Shown: positions 38,362-51,435, counted from the whole stretch's first letter. The stretch: DNA of 63,327 nucleotides, filler included, from Octopus bimaculoides (GCF_001194135.2; 6 parts of 5 records of this genome joined end to end with filler, not necessarily neighbours in it); one strand, 5' to 3'. Program-made: numbers and translations. Notes: generated from the letters alone by a model not told the origin.

Positions 38362-38770
38362 ACAGAGAAATTTGTCATGGCGATACTTGTTCAGAGGGCA
38401 ACGCTAAGTTGCAGGAGAAAGTGTATGGAGAGGAGTGTATGAGTCGCAAATGAGTGTACGAGTGGTTCCGATATTTCGAAGATGGCTTAAAAAAACAATT
38501 CGATAATGACGAACGGTCTAGGAGATGCACAACCAGCAGAACTGATAAAAACATCGCAGACGTGCATGCAGCACCATCCGTGAGTTGTCAGAGGATGTGC
38601 AGATTAGTTACGGTTCTATTCAGTCCATTATCACAGAGGACTTGGGTATGAGATGCGTGTCTGCTAAGATTGTGTCAAAACTGCGTTCAGTTGACCCAAG
38701 AAGACACTCAGTTTTCAGTTGCACAAGATCTCCTTGATTGTGTCGAAAACGAGGAAAACTTTTTGAAGAT
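38362..38770 (+). pseudogene. Mariner transposase N-terminal remnant
   Basis: DTCSE..KVYGEECMSRK*VYEWFRYFEDG..DNDERSRRCTTSRTDKNIADVHAA..IRELSEDVQISYGSIQSIITEDLGMRCVSAKIVSKL..VAQDLLDCVENEENF. Confidence 0.85.
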
Positions 38771-39049
38771 TTTCCGTAGGCCTCTGAGCAGGTTTCGCCA
38801 AGCTTTTACCAAAATTTGATGCAGATTCTCAGCTCAACTTACCCTGTCATCATGCTTAATGCGACGATCACACACTACACACCTTACTTCCGAGCACCGC
38901 TGTAAGCAACAGAAGTGAATGAGAACGTTAAAACTTAGTGCGCATGCACATCAGTGTTCAAGGACCATCTGTGCCAAGCGGCTTTACTCTGCGTGCTTTA
39001 GACTCGTTACTATGTCAACAGAAAGGATACTTATTGATCAGACCACGTA
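38770..39049 (-). mobile_element. Inverted 5' end (TIR, leader, first codons) of the same mariner family
   Basis: Reverse complement starts TACGTGGTCTGATCAATAAGTATCC and ends RICIKFW*KLGETCSEAYGK. Confidence 0.65.
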
Positions 39050-39865
39050 CAACCCTGATCCAAACATATTTTATTGCTTAAAGACCTAGAGATCAATGTT
39101 GCACGCTGAAATAATGACAACGTCATTTATCCCATTGATCTTGATAAAATATTTAATTTATTTTACAAGTGTTTTTACTTGTGTGACAAATTACGATGAG
39201 GGATATAATTTATTATGCAACAGAAATCGAGTTCAATTAACTGTAATATTTCTCGAATATTCTATTTAATATAACGTTTGTCCCTGTCGGTTTCTGTAAA
39301 TATATTAAGACATTTATTTGTTTATAAAACATATTCAATTTGCTTGCTATTTGTTACTGTGCTGCTTGTTTTTGTCGCTCTTTTTCCAATGCCTCGTTTA
39401 ACAATTTAATTAATTGCTGTTCCGTGCCTTCCCTCGTTATTAATTCATCCATCTAACGCAACAAAATAATGTTGTCAGTTGCTGGTAATATTTTTAAGAA
39501 TATATTTGAACAGAATTCTTACACACACACACAGTTTGTGTCATTGACCCAGATGTGTTTGCGTGTTGAATATGGAAGATATAAATATTTACAATTACTT
39601 GAACGTCAGAGATAACCACATAAAAATGTGACGGAACGAAAGAGAGCGAAAGAAGCAAAATATCGGTGTCAGAGAACTGATCACAGCTATTTTAAAGTTT
39701 ATGATTTGGCAAGGTTGCCATTCATCCTTCTGGTGTACAGAAAGTAAAGCATCCGTCAATTGCTAGGGCCGATGTAATCGACTAAAATCCTTGTACCAAA
39801 ATTAACAAGAATTATTATTATTATTATTATCATCATTAATATTATTATTATTATAATAATATTAT

Positions 39866-40372
39866 TTTATGTTTGACTTTTGTTTTGCATTTGTACAAGT
39901 TGGATCCAAGTCTCACCCAGAGACCTCAAGAGACAACAAGTTAGAAGTTCATGTAGGTGTTATGCCTAGGGTACCATATATTTGGATTTGTACAGTTTTG
40001 TTCAAGTGAATGTTTAAGAAACCATAAGAAAATTGTGTTTGCTTTAAAATTTGAGATCACATAGACAGTATTTTACGTAGGATATGGGCAGTTCCCATGA
40101 GCACTATCTTTTGAACTTCAGCCATTTTGGGGTTTCCTGGTATCTGAGCTAGGTAGTAATCAGCCCGTTTCGCTGTCATTCCCAGGGCACCTATGACAAT
40201 AGGTATTGTTTTCGTCTTCAGATTCCACATTTTGCTAATTTCTATTTCAAGATCTTTATATATTTGCTCAGTTTTTGGTAGGTCTTGACAGATACGTTTA
40301 TATCGATTGGGACAGTCATATCAATGAGGAGGCATGATTTTTGTCTGAAGTCTTTCAGTATGATGTCTGGCC

Positions 40373-40373
<1 letters not shown>
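39866..40373 (-). mobile_element. Young 5'-truncated R4/Dong-type RLE non-LTR retrotransposon flanked by (TAA)n on both sides
   Basis: RPDIILKDFRQKSCLLIDMTVPIDINVSVKTYQKLSKY/KDLEIEISKMWNLKTKTIPIVIGALG...LMGTAHILRKILSM* (PD..D..K motif; a single 2-nt insertion at ~40258); 3' UTR 39866-40056. Confidence 0.88.
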
Positions 40374-40445
<72 letters not shown>

Positions 40446-40446
40446 C
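40374..40446 (+). repeat. (ATT)n tract flanking the RLE element
   Basis: Direct. Confidence 0.95.
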
Positions 40447-40449
40447 ATC

Positions 40450-40935
40450 AAGGCGGTTAACTAGCAGAATCGTTATCACGCCGGACGAAATGCTTAGCGG
40501 TATTTCTTCCGTCTTTACGTTCTGAGTTCAAATTCCGCTGAGGTCGACATAGCCTTTCATCCTTTCCGGGTCGATAAATTAAGTACTCGTTGCGTACTGG
40601 GGGTCGATCTGATCGACTGGCACCCTCCCGCAAAATTTCGGGCCTTCAGCCTGGAGTAAAGAGGAATATATTTGAATTTCAAGGCGGCGAGCAGGGGTCG
40701 ATGTAATCGGTTCATCCTCACCCCCACCCACCCCCAACTTGCTGCCTTTCTGACAAAATTTGAAATTGTTATTATCATTATTATTATCATTATCATTATT
40801 ATTACCATTATTAAGGCGGCGAGCTGACAGAAACGTTAGCACGCCGGGCGAAATGCTTAGTGGCATTTCGTCTGCCATTACGTTCTGAGTTCAAATTGCG
40901 CCGAGGTCGTATTTGCCTTTCATCCTTTCGGATGA
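40450..40935 (+). mobile_element. Cluster of SINE family A copies (40450-40660 full, 40680-40765 fragment, 40812-40935 head)
   Basis: Homology to other copies. Confidence 0.85.
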
Positions 40936-42452
40936 CAGACCCTAAGATTTTTAACCCTTAAATTAATTTAGATCAATACTAAACACGGAGGGAATTGAAT
41001 TATTTGATCTAGGATATATTGGTTGAGGTAATTCAAGATGAGAGCATGTGTGTATTGGAAGAAGTTTAATCTATATGTATGTTTTAGGCTTCTTTGGCAA
41101 TTTCATCAATTCCAATATATGTGATGTATGTTGAATAATGACTAATATAATCTAGCTTTCTATTTCTGGTTTCGCTTTGTCTCCCCTCTCTCTCTCTCTC
41201 TCTCTCTCTCCCTCTCCCTCTCTCTCCCCCTCTCCCTCTCTCTTTCTGTCTTTCTTCATTGATGGCTGCAGTCAACAAACGATTAAACTTCACCTAGACC
41301 CATTGATGTATTTAAGATGACAATGTCTTTCCGTAAGATCAGAGGACAAAAACAAAAAAAAAAAGATAACAAACATAAATAAATAATTGATTTCTTCCTG
41401 AGAAGCATATGAAATGAAAAGACAGGCGTGACCAATATAGTAATGGCTGAATCTATAAAGTGTCTTGTCAGTGGCGATAATTGTACGAGTATGATCAACA
41501 TAGTAATACTGACTGATACCTTAAAAGTAAAACTAACGTTTGGAAAACAAGGAACTCGAGATAATTTAATTAAACAGAATGTAATAACTGAAGTAAAATT
41601 ACCGTTTCTTTTTTTTATTTTTAGCTAACAATAGTAAACATCCAAGCAAACAAGATGAGATTTAGAACCTAATGTATTGAGTTATATCATGTTGTGTATA
41701 AGGACAGGGAGAATTGTGTGGTTCAGAACTTCGTTTTGCAGCCGTATATGAACACATCAATATACAGATAAATATAAATATACATGTATATGAAATGATA
41801 TACCCATGCACGACGGCATGTAATTTTACGATCCACTTTCAGTTCCAGATCCAACGCAGGAATGGTTCCAGGTGAGCCGTTTACATAAAAAAAAAAGAAC
41901 ACAAGCTGGTTAAGGTTCATTAAAGCTGTTTCAAACGCGCTTTTTTTTTCTAATTGATGAATAAATCGATTATATCATGAATCGATGGAATAAGTACCAG
42001 GTATTAAAAAAACAAAACATTTATTGAGATCCCTCTGTTCGATTAAAACCCTTCAAAAACGATGCCGTGGCCCAGTATAACCGCAGTCAAATGGTTGAAA
42101 AGAAGCAAAAGATAACAGTGTATCTGTACATACATGCATATATACATACGTATATATATATATGTATGTATGTATGTATGNNNNNNNNNNNNNNNNNNNN
42201 NNNNNNNNNNNNNNNNNNNNNNNNNNNNNNNNNNNNNNNNNNNNNNNNNNNNNNNNNNNNNNNNNNNNNNNNNNNNNNNNNNNNNNNNNNNNNNNNNNNN
42301 NNNNNNNNNNNNNNNNNNATATATATATATATATATATTTATACATATATATACACATATATATACATATACATATATACATATATATATAAATCTATAT
42401 GTATGTATTTATGTATGTATGTATGTATGTATGAATTATGTCTATAGGAACG

Positions 42453-42483
<31 letters not shown>

Positions 42484-42741
42484 GTATGTTTGAATGTCTC
42501 CATAACGTACATAACTGCAAGCAAGATGACTAAAACAATACTGAAAGCCAAGAGAGCATTACTTATGGTTATGACAGCTGTCATCTATTTATTCCAACAA
42601 CCCGTTCCTAATCATCAAACTGGATACAAAGTGTTCAGTCAACTGATCGGGAACGTGAAATTCGAATGAAGAAATATGAGCTGTCATAAGCTTTCTCTTT
42701 CTCTCTCTCTTTCTCTGTCTCTCTTTCTCTTTGTCTTGCTT

Positions 42742-42782
<41 letters not shown>

Positions 42783-42844
42783 ATGTGCGTGTGTGAGTTT
42801 GTGTGCGTGTATGTGTATGTATGTATGTATGTATGTATGGGTAT

Positions 42845-43068
42845 ATTCTTTTATTTTGGTAGTCTTTTGCTTGTTTCAGTCATTTGACCACAGCCATGCT
42901 GGAGCACCGCCTTCAAGGGTTTCAGTCAAAGAGGTCGACTCCAGGATTTATTCTCCGTGAGCCTAGGCTTTATTCCGTCGGTCCATTTTGCGGAACCGCT
43001 AAGGTATGGGGACGTAAACACACCAACATCTGTTTTCAAGCAATTGTGGAGTTCAAACACAGACACAA

Positions 43069-43109
<41 letters not shown>

Positions 43110-43265
43110 AAAAACAGCGGGTTTCTTTCAGTTTCTGTCCACCAAATCAATTCACAATGATTAGGTCGGCCCTAGGCTACAGTAGAAGACGCCCAAGGTG
43201 CCACGCAATGATATTGAACCCAGAACCATGTGGTTAGGAAACAAGCTTCTTACCACACTTCCTTG
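42845..43265 (-). mobile_element. SINE family B, full length
   Basis: Homology to 3917-4372, internal (CA)n. Confidence 0.88.
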
Positions 43266-43298
43266 CCTATATATATGTATGTATATATATATATATAG

Positions 43299-43368
<70 letters not shown>

Positions 43369-43444
43369 ATGCGTGTGTGTGTATGTGTGTGTGTGTGTGT
43401 GTATTATGTATATGGTCACACACAGAGGACAGTATCGTAAACAG

Positions 43445-43590
43445 TTTACGTCAATCAAATTTACCTAAAAGGTATTGGTCGACCGAGGCTCTAGTAGAAA
43501 AGGATACTCGCCCAAGGCGCGCCACGTAGTGGATCGAACCCGAAACCACGTAGTCGTAATCCCAGTTTCTTAACCCCCACAGCCATACTT
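43445..43590 (-). mobile_element. SINE family B head, diverged
   Basis: CGCCCAAGG...GAACCCGAAACCAC...CACAGCCATAC. Confidence 0.65.
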
Positions 43591-44384
43591 ACGCCTTTTG
43601 AACCAGATTATTTTGGGTCGTGGTTTATATCTTTAAAGTGAATATTTCGAAAATTTATTCTTGGCATATCTTCTGGTCACTTCTGGTCATCGCCAAAATA
43701 TCGAATGCGATAACAACATATGATGTCGTTGCTAAGCTGTTTGTTACTTTTTTTTATTTTTTATTGCTCTTCTTTTCAACGCCATAATGCGGAAAGAATA
43801 TCGATATATTGAAGAGGAAATTATACTGGAGATTGTCGTCTATATCCACCAGGCATTTACTTTGTCTTTCCGTTATCATTGACTATTTACCGTACGAAGA
43901 CATCATTTAGCTTTTTAGTAAAGCACCGATTCAAGCTATACGTTCCTCTTTATTGTTTTCTCGTTTCACTACCAATCACTTCAGACATTTTTTCTTCGTC
44001 TATAAAATATCGAAACATTTTTTCATAATAGAGCTGTCTTCCTTTTGATGCTAGTCAATAGATTTCCCCATACATGTGTTCCTTTATACATCTTATCTAT
44101 CTTATAATCTACTATACATATTTACTTTAAATATACTTATCCTAACTACATTACCCTACTGTGCATACGTTGTCACTCTTCTCTATATTACACACNNNNN
44201 NNNNNNNNNNNNNNNNNNNNNNNNNNNNNNNNNNNNNNNNNNNNNNNNNNNNNNNNNNNNNNNNNNNNNNNNNNNNNNNNNNNNNNNNNNNNNNNNNNNN
44301 NNNNNNNNNNNNNNNNNNNNNNNNNNNNNNNNNNNNNNNATATATGTATATATATAAATATGTGTATAGGCATATATGTACAAA

Positions 44385-44570
44385 GCGGTAAGCTGCAAGA
44401 ATCGTTAGCGCGTCGGACAAAATGCTTAGCGACGTTTCTTCCAGTGCTTTGCGTTTAGAGTTCCAATCCAGCCAACGTTAGCGTAGCTGTCATCACTTTG
44501 GGTTCGTTGAAAAGAATGTACGTGGGGAGATGTATTCAGTTTGTGCGGTCCTCTGCAAAATTACTAGCCT
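44385..44570 (+). mobile_element. SINE family A, diverged
   Basis: AAGCGGTAAGCTGCAAGAATCGTTAGC...AAATGCTTAGCG. Confidence 0.7.
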
Positions 44571-46065
44571 CGGACCCTGCAACAGACAAGCGTCCACCTC
44601 GCGGGGAATATTATCCCGGTCTCGTATACGCTGACCAAGATGACGGCGGCGACGAAGACGACGGCGACAACGACGACGACGACGGGCGTGACACCGACTG
44701 AAGCAGAAACAGCAATAATGATAACAACATTGCACTAAGATGATTAAACAAGATTATTTTCGTGATGTGACACACAACCAGAATTGCTGAATACGAAACA
44801 AGTTTTGATGACAATCTAGACGCAATGTCTGCACACAATACACACACACACACACACCCGCTGGAAGAATGTCTTCTGCCATCATCATTTCTCCTTTTTT
44901 TTTATTTTGCCATCTTCACATAAATAGAGAATATCGAGTATGACAGACCACAGAAATTATAATTATCGTGTACAAATCAACTAATTAGATTTATGTGATC
45001 ATTAATTGGCATTATAATTGATAGATTTCGTGAGATGATTTTCGATATTAACGTTTTGATCTGTATTTATATGTGTTTGTATTCTTAATGCATACGCATT
45101 TATACAATATACGTGCGTGTATGTGTATATGTATGTGTGTATGTGTGTGTGCTGTTAGAACAATGAGACAGTCTCGTACTGACATATTTACACACACACA
45201 TACACACACATGCATATACATACATACATACATACACACTCGCACGTACGAATTATATAGGAAGATATACATAGCGTGTGTATATGTGTAGCTCAATGGT
45301 ATTTAAGGTGTATGTAGAACTGTATATAAGCATACACACACTCACACGCCGCACACACACACACACACACACACACAGAGGCACGCACGTAGGGAAACAA
45401 TACAAAGTAGAAATACGTACACGTTTGAACATGCAAAAGCTCACACATTCCCACAGGTATAAATGTGTATGTATGTGTGCATATATNNNNNNNNNNNNNN
45501 NNNNNNNNNNNNNNNNNNNNNNNNNNNNNNNNNNNNNNNNNNNNNNNNNNNNNNNNNNNNNNNNNNNNNNNNNNNNNNNNNNNNNNNNNNNNNNNNNNNN
45601 NNNNNNNNNNNNNNNNNNNNNNNNNNNNNNNNNNNNNNNNNNNNNNNNNNNNNNNNNNNNNNNNNNNNNNNNNNNNNNNNNNNNNNNNNNNNNNNNNNNN
45701 NNNNNNNNNNNNNNNNNNNNNNNNNNNNNNNNNNNNNNNNNNNNNNNNNNNNNNNNNNNNNNNNNNNNNNNNNNNNNNNNNNNNNNNNNNNNNNNNNNNN
45801 NNNNNNNNNNNNNNNNNNNNNNNNNNNNNNNNNNNNNNNNNNNNNNNNNNNNNNNNNNNNNNNNNNNNNNNNNNNNNNNNNNNNNNNNNNNNNNNNNNNN
45901 NNNNNNNNNNNNNNNNNNNNNNNNNNNNNNNNNNNNNNNNNNNNNNNNNNNNNNNNNNNNNNNNNNNNNNNNNNNNNNNTGCAGCAGGAGTGACCTGTGG
46001 AGGAGGTTGAGAAGGAAGCTGAGGAGTAGGATGTAGGATGGAGATGTTGTGAAATGATGATATGC

Positions 46066-46140
46066 AAGAAGAAGAAGAAGAAGAAGAAGAAGAAGAAGAA
46101 GAAGAAGAAGAAGAAGAAGAAGAAGAAGAAGAAGAAGAAA
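46066..46140 (+). repeat. (GAA)n microsatellite
   Basis: Direct. Confidence 0.95.
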
Positions 46141-46659
46141 ATAGCAACAAACGCACAGCAAAAGCAATAACTATTAGCGACGTTAACAACAAGAATAATG
46201 ATATTAGAAACAACTACACACACACATATATATATATATAAACACGCACACACAGACATACACACATATCATATACAACTTACACATACACACATATTTA
46301 AAGACATCGAGTTAGTCTGGAACAACGTTTAACAAAGAATTGACAAATTAGCTTATTTCAAAGAGAGAAATTGGGTATCATAAAATTGGTTCGGAATTCT
46401 CTGATGATTAATTAACTGTCGATAAGATAAATTGTCTGACTATTGTTGAAATGGAAAGACAGAGGCCATGTTTTTAGAAAAGTGTATTCTTCATATATTG
46501 CGAAATTATCTGGCTATTGTTCACATAGGATGAGAGAGAGAGAGAGAGAGAGGGGTCATCATGTTTCTAGAAATGTGAAATCGTCACATGTTGATGAATC
46601 ATTGATTTACAAATCAATTAAGGGCAACCGCCATCTTAAGTTCATATAGATAGATAGAG

Positions 46660-46696
<37 letters not shown>

Positions 46697-46745
<49 letters not shown>

Positions 46746-46792
46746 GGATGGATGGATGGATGGATGGATGGATGGATAGCTAGCTAGCTAGC

Positions 46793-46858
<66 letters not shown>
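46697..46858 (+). repeat. Compound tetranucleotide (GATA)n-(GATG)n-(GCTA)n-(GATA)n
   Basis: Direct. Confidence 0.95.
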
Positions 46859-48975
46859 CAACGGCTTCCCACACAGTTACTGTCTAATAAATTTAATCCT
46901 GACATGCATAGCGAGATTGAACCGGAAATTTCATGGTTTCTAGAATTTTGCAAGAATATAATACCTTCTAATTTATCAGTCTAGTAACCTAGTGGTGTTA
47001 TCACAGAAAGCACCCTTGAAGTTGTCATTCTAGAAACGCAAAAGAATTATCCACTAGGTTATGCTTATGAAGACATCTGAGAGGTACGAGAAGATTGACT
47101 GGTCTCGAAAGTTTTAAATCACTAGAATTGTTATAGATATTTATCTATTTAATGATGTCAGATATAAAGCCAAGTGTTTAGTATACAATGGTGAACATTA
47201 ACTTCCGAGTAAAATGAGTCGTTTTAAATGGGTTTACCAACGCAATTCAGGTAACGAAGTACAAAATGCTGATATTTCAGCCTCCAGACAGATATTAAAA
47301 TGAATTGGCCTGTAGTGCCATTTTGTTTGGTAGATGAGCTGATCAAATAAAAAGATAAATTGATATCAGAATTAAAATAATTATCTCCGTTTCTTTTTTT
47401 TTTTTAACATATCGTTCGTTGAAACAAATCAAACCCAATATTTTTTTATCGTTTTATTTATGTTCATATTTTTAATTAATCAGTATTTAAATCATAGTTG
47501 TTGTTTCATGTGTTAGTTCTTTCTGTTTTAATTTTCGAAACAAAAAATAACAGACATATTTTAATTGACTTTGTTTTAGTATGTTTTATTGCATTCGATT
47601 ATAGATTATGTGGAAAATTACGAGAAAGAGAGAGAGAGAGAGAGAAGTTTGCCTTGAAACAACCCTGTTTTTGGAGACTGTAATTAAATCTAAACGGAAA
47701 TATATGGGAAAAGAACACGCCTGGTAGGCATTCTTCAGCTGAAATAAAATTAACTCGAAATTTCAGATTGAGAAATAAAAATACGAAACGAGCAACGGCA
47801 TGAGAATAAAACAAAAAATACACAATCACCCAAAAAAATTACAACCGTAAATGAATGAATGAGTCAATATAAAAATAAGCAAATAAATAAATTAACAATA
47901 TACCAAATGCACTAAAAACAAGAACTACAATTCTGTTGGAATTCAATTAAAATGTGAAACGAGGAGGAAGTTTTAAAAAAAGCGGATGTTTTATAAAATT
48001 GTATTAGTTACCAGCAATAACTAAATTCAACGAAAGAAAATAATGAGAAAATATAACAAACAGACAGTTCAACATTGAAATAGATAACAATGCAATGGTG
48101 AATGTATTTGATTTGATTTTTTTTTTATTTTCGAAAATCAATTATATAACAATTTGTTACACTTGATTAATACACCTGGAAGTCATTAACACACATTATA
48201 TGAGAGTATATATATATATATATATATATATNNNNNNNNNNNNNNNNNNNNNNNNNNNNNNNNNNNNNNNNNNNNNNNNNNNNNNNNNNNNNNNNNNNNN
48301 NNNNNNNNNNNNNNNNNNNNNNNNNNNNNNNNNNNNNNNNNNNNNNNNNNNNNNNNNNNNNNNNNNNNNNNNNNNNNNNNNNNNNNNNNNNNNNNNNNNN
48401 NNNNNNNNNNNNNNNNNNNNNNNNNNNNNNNNNNNNNNNNNNNNNNNNNNNNNNNNNNNNNNNNNNNNNNNNNNNNNNNNNNNNNNNNNNNNNNNNNNNN
48501 NNNNNNNNNNNNNNNNNNNNNNNNNNNNNNNNNNNNNNNNNNNNNNNNNNNNNNNNNNNNNNNNNNNNNNNNNNNNNNNNNNNNNNNNNNNNNNNNNNNN
48601 NNNNNNNNNNNNNNNNNNNNNNNNNNNNNNNNNNNNNNNNNNNNNNNNNNNNNNNNNNNNNNNNNNNNNNNNNNNNNNNNNNNNNNNNNNNNNNNNNNNN
48701 NNNNNNNNNNNNNNNNNNNNNNNNNNNNNNNNNNNNNNNNNNNNNNNNNNNNNNNNNNNNNNNNNNNNNNNNNNNNNNNNNNNNNNNNNNNNNNNNNNNN
48801 NNNNNNNNNNNNNNNNNNNNNNNNNNNNNNNNNNNNNNNNNNNNNNNNNNNNNNNNNNNNNNNNNNNNNNNNNNNNNNNNNNNNNNNNNNNNNNNNNNNN
48901 NNNNNNNNNNNNNNNNNNNNNNNNNNNNNNNNNNNNNNNNNNNNNNNNNNNNNNNNNNNNNNNNNNNNNNNNNNN

Positions 48976-49438
48976 ATTTTGGACTCGTGAAAGGACAGCT
49001 TTATATTACTCAGAACGTATGAAACAAGGGCTAAATAAAAATCTGAAAACAAACATGGAGATTTAGAAGAAACTTATGAAAATACTTTGGACAACAAGAG
49101 GGATAAGAGTAGACAAACCCCGCTCTTAGTTTGATCCTTGGCTTGTCCTGTGTATCATACGTAACACACAAGACATATTTCCCTGGCGACTATGCATCAT
49201 ATGTATATATATATATATATATAGTCGCCAGGGAAATATGTCTTGTGTGTTACGTATGATACACAGGACAAGCCAAGGATCAAACTAAGAGCGGGGTTTG
49301 TCTACTCTTATCCCTCTTGTTGTCCAAAGTATTTTCATAAGTTTCTTCTAAATCTCCATGTTTGTTTTCAGATTTTTATTTAGCCCTTGTTTCATACGTT
49401 CTGAGTAATATAAAGCTGTCCTTTCACGAGTCCAAAAT
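48976..49438. repeat. Perfect inverted repeat, 218-bp arms (48976-49193 and 49221-49438), 27-nt AT-rich spacer
   Basis: Arms are exact reverse complements; the left arm starts at the edge of gap 48232-48975. Confidence 0.95.
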
Positions 49439-49449
49439 TACACTGGTAG
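49398..49449 (-). CDS. Candidate 52-nt coding exon YQCNFGLVKGQLYITQN (resembles the G-x-L-Y-I-T-x-N strand of GRAM/PH-like domains)
   Basis: Acceptor attgttttcag, donor AAC|GTATGA, phase 2 to phase 0; domain resemblance is by eye only. Confidence 0.35.
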
Positions 49450-49859
49450 CTGAAAACAATTGAGAATGCGTGTTATATATGATGCATGGACGTCTCACAT
49501 ATACGTTCTGTGAATCATATGATAGAAAGGGTTAAAGCCAGAATGTACAAGTCTGAAAATACAACACCACCGTAAAATCATTTAATTGAGTGTTTTACCA
49601 TTTCAATCCTTCAGTAACATATCGAAGGAACTCTTAGTAATTTAATCAAAGAAATTCACTCCAATAAATACATTTAGTGAAGTATTTCATCAACGTATTC
49701 CCATTGATTACTTGGTCATTTTACCTCAACGTTTTCTAACGATGAAAATTTTACAGTTAATTGAATACATGAAGCACAAAGTAAAATTGCTTTGAAGTTA
49801 CATTGGACGCCTTCTCATGTATGTATTCATTACACTGGATCATGTTGTTGTGATTATTG

Positions 49860-50400
49860 TTGTCTTTGTTACTTTTATCATTACTGTTGTTGCTGGTACT
49901 ATTATTGTTGTTGTTGTTACTACTATTCCTGTTATTGCCTCTGCTAGTGATGCTCTTGGTGTATAATTACTGCTGTTGTTCTTAATATTGTTGTTGTTGA
50001 TGTTGGTGCTGTTGTTGTTGTTCTACTTGTTATTCTTATTAATGTTATTAAGTGTTGTTGCTTTTATCACTGTTGCAGCTGTAGATTCTTTTGTTGTTGA
50101 TGCTACTGTTGTTTCCGCTGTTGTTAATACAATTAATCGTTACGCTGAGGCCGAAGTATTCCATCATTATTTAGCTAATTTGTATTATTGTTGTTACTGT
50201 AGCTTGTTTGCTGTTGCTGCTGTTGTTGTTGTTGTTGTTGTTCTCGTTAGAGCTACAGCAGTTGTTTTGATATTGCTGCTGCTGTTGCTGCTGTTGCTGC
50301 TTTTGTTATGGTTGTTCTTGATGATGTTATGTTCGCTTTTGATACTCCAAAGCGTTTCTCTCTTATTTCTATAGATTCTAATATTCTGTTCAACAAGCCG
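49860..50400 (+). repeat. Degenerate (GTT/GCT/ATT)n low-complexity tract
   Basis: Direct. Confidence 0.85.
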
Positions 50401-50784
50401 AGTCACTATAATATAGATCAGTGCTTCCAAATATTACTGGTTCGTATACTGCCGCCGCTACTGTACTGCAGTGTCTGTAACTAAGATTCTCTCTAAAGAT
50501 AGTTTTTCTTCATATTGCTGGCAAATATGGTAATGTTTTTAGCAATGATGAAGATGAGAGAGAGATTGTGTGGTGAAGAAGATGAATCATTGAAGTGATT
50601 CTATTGTCATCAAAGACAGATAAAACCACAGAAGTAATTTGCTTGGCCAACTTTTAGAGAATAAAACAAGGAGTTTCATTGCTTGAGAGGCTAGTTATGA
50701 AAGGTAATTAGAGGAATTGGTAAGAAGAACTAAGTGCGAACTCTGAGGAGATGGTAGGTAGTAGAATTTAACAGTCACTTAGTT

Positions 50785-51090
50785 TAACAACACCACCACC
50801 ACTTCCATCACCATCATCACTACCATCACGACCATCACCAACATCAGCACCACCAACAACAGCATCACCACCACCGCTACCAACACCATCATCACCAACA
50901 ACACAACACCATCAGTACCATCCTTCAACACCACGGTCATCACTAAAAACTTCGTAACCATCCCCAGAACCATCATCACGACCATCACCATCACCACCAC
51001 CACCGCTACCACCACCACCACCGCTGCCACCACCGCTACCAACACGACCGTCAAAACCACATCCTCCACCACAACCACCGTCACCACCAT
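50785..51090 (+). repeat. Degenerate (CAC/CAT/CAA)n low-complexity tract
   Basis: Direct. Confidence 0.85.
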
Positions 51091-51234
51091 CTTTATTATT
51101 TTCCAACATTAGTAAAGTTCATCTATCAGAATATTTTATTCATTTCCCAATATTCTCAACGACTCTAAAACTTTCTTGAAAATTTCTATTCTTCCTCTCG
51201 GGAACATAAAAAAAAATCCATTTTATATTTTTTG

Positions 51235-51435
51235 TGATTTTGGCAAAATTTCAGCAATTTCTGGGCGAGCAAATTTGGCAAATCGATTACATCGACAGCA
51301 GTGTCCAACTGGTAATTATTTCATCGATCCCGAAAAGATGAATGAATGTAAATGCGAACTGGACGGAATTTGAACACAAATTTGAAAGAGCCGGAAGAAA
51401 TACCGTTAAGCATTTGTTCCGACGGTGCTAACGAT
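51235..51435 (-). mobile_element. SINE family A, diverged
   Basis: Homology to other copies. Confidence 0.75.

Noticed and set aside
41842-41870. Plus-strand micro-exon (tttcag|..PDPTQEWFQ|gtgagc)
   Set aside because: Good splice signals but only 29 nt, with no partner exon or homology; expected by chance in 63 kb
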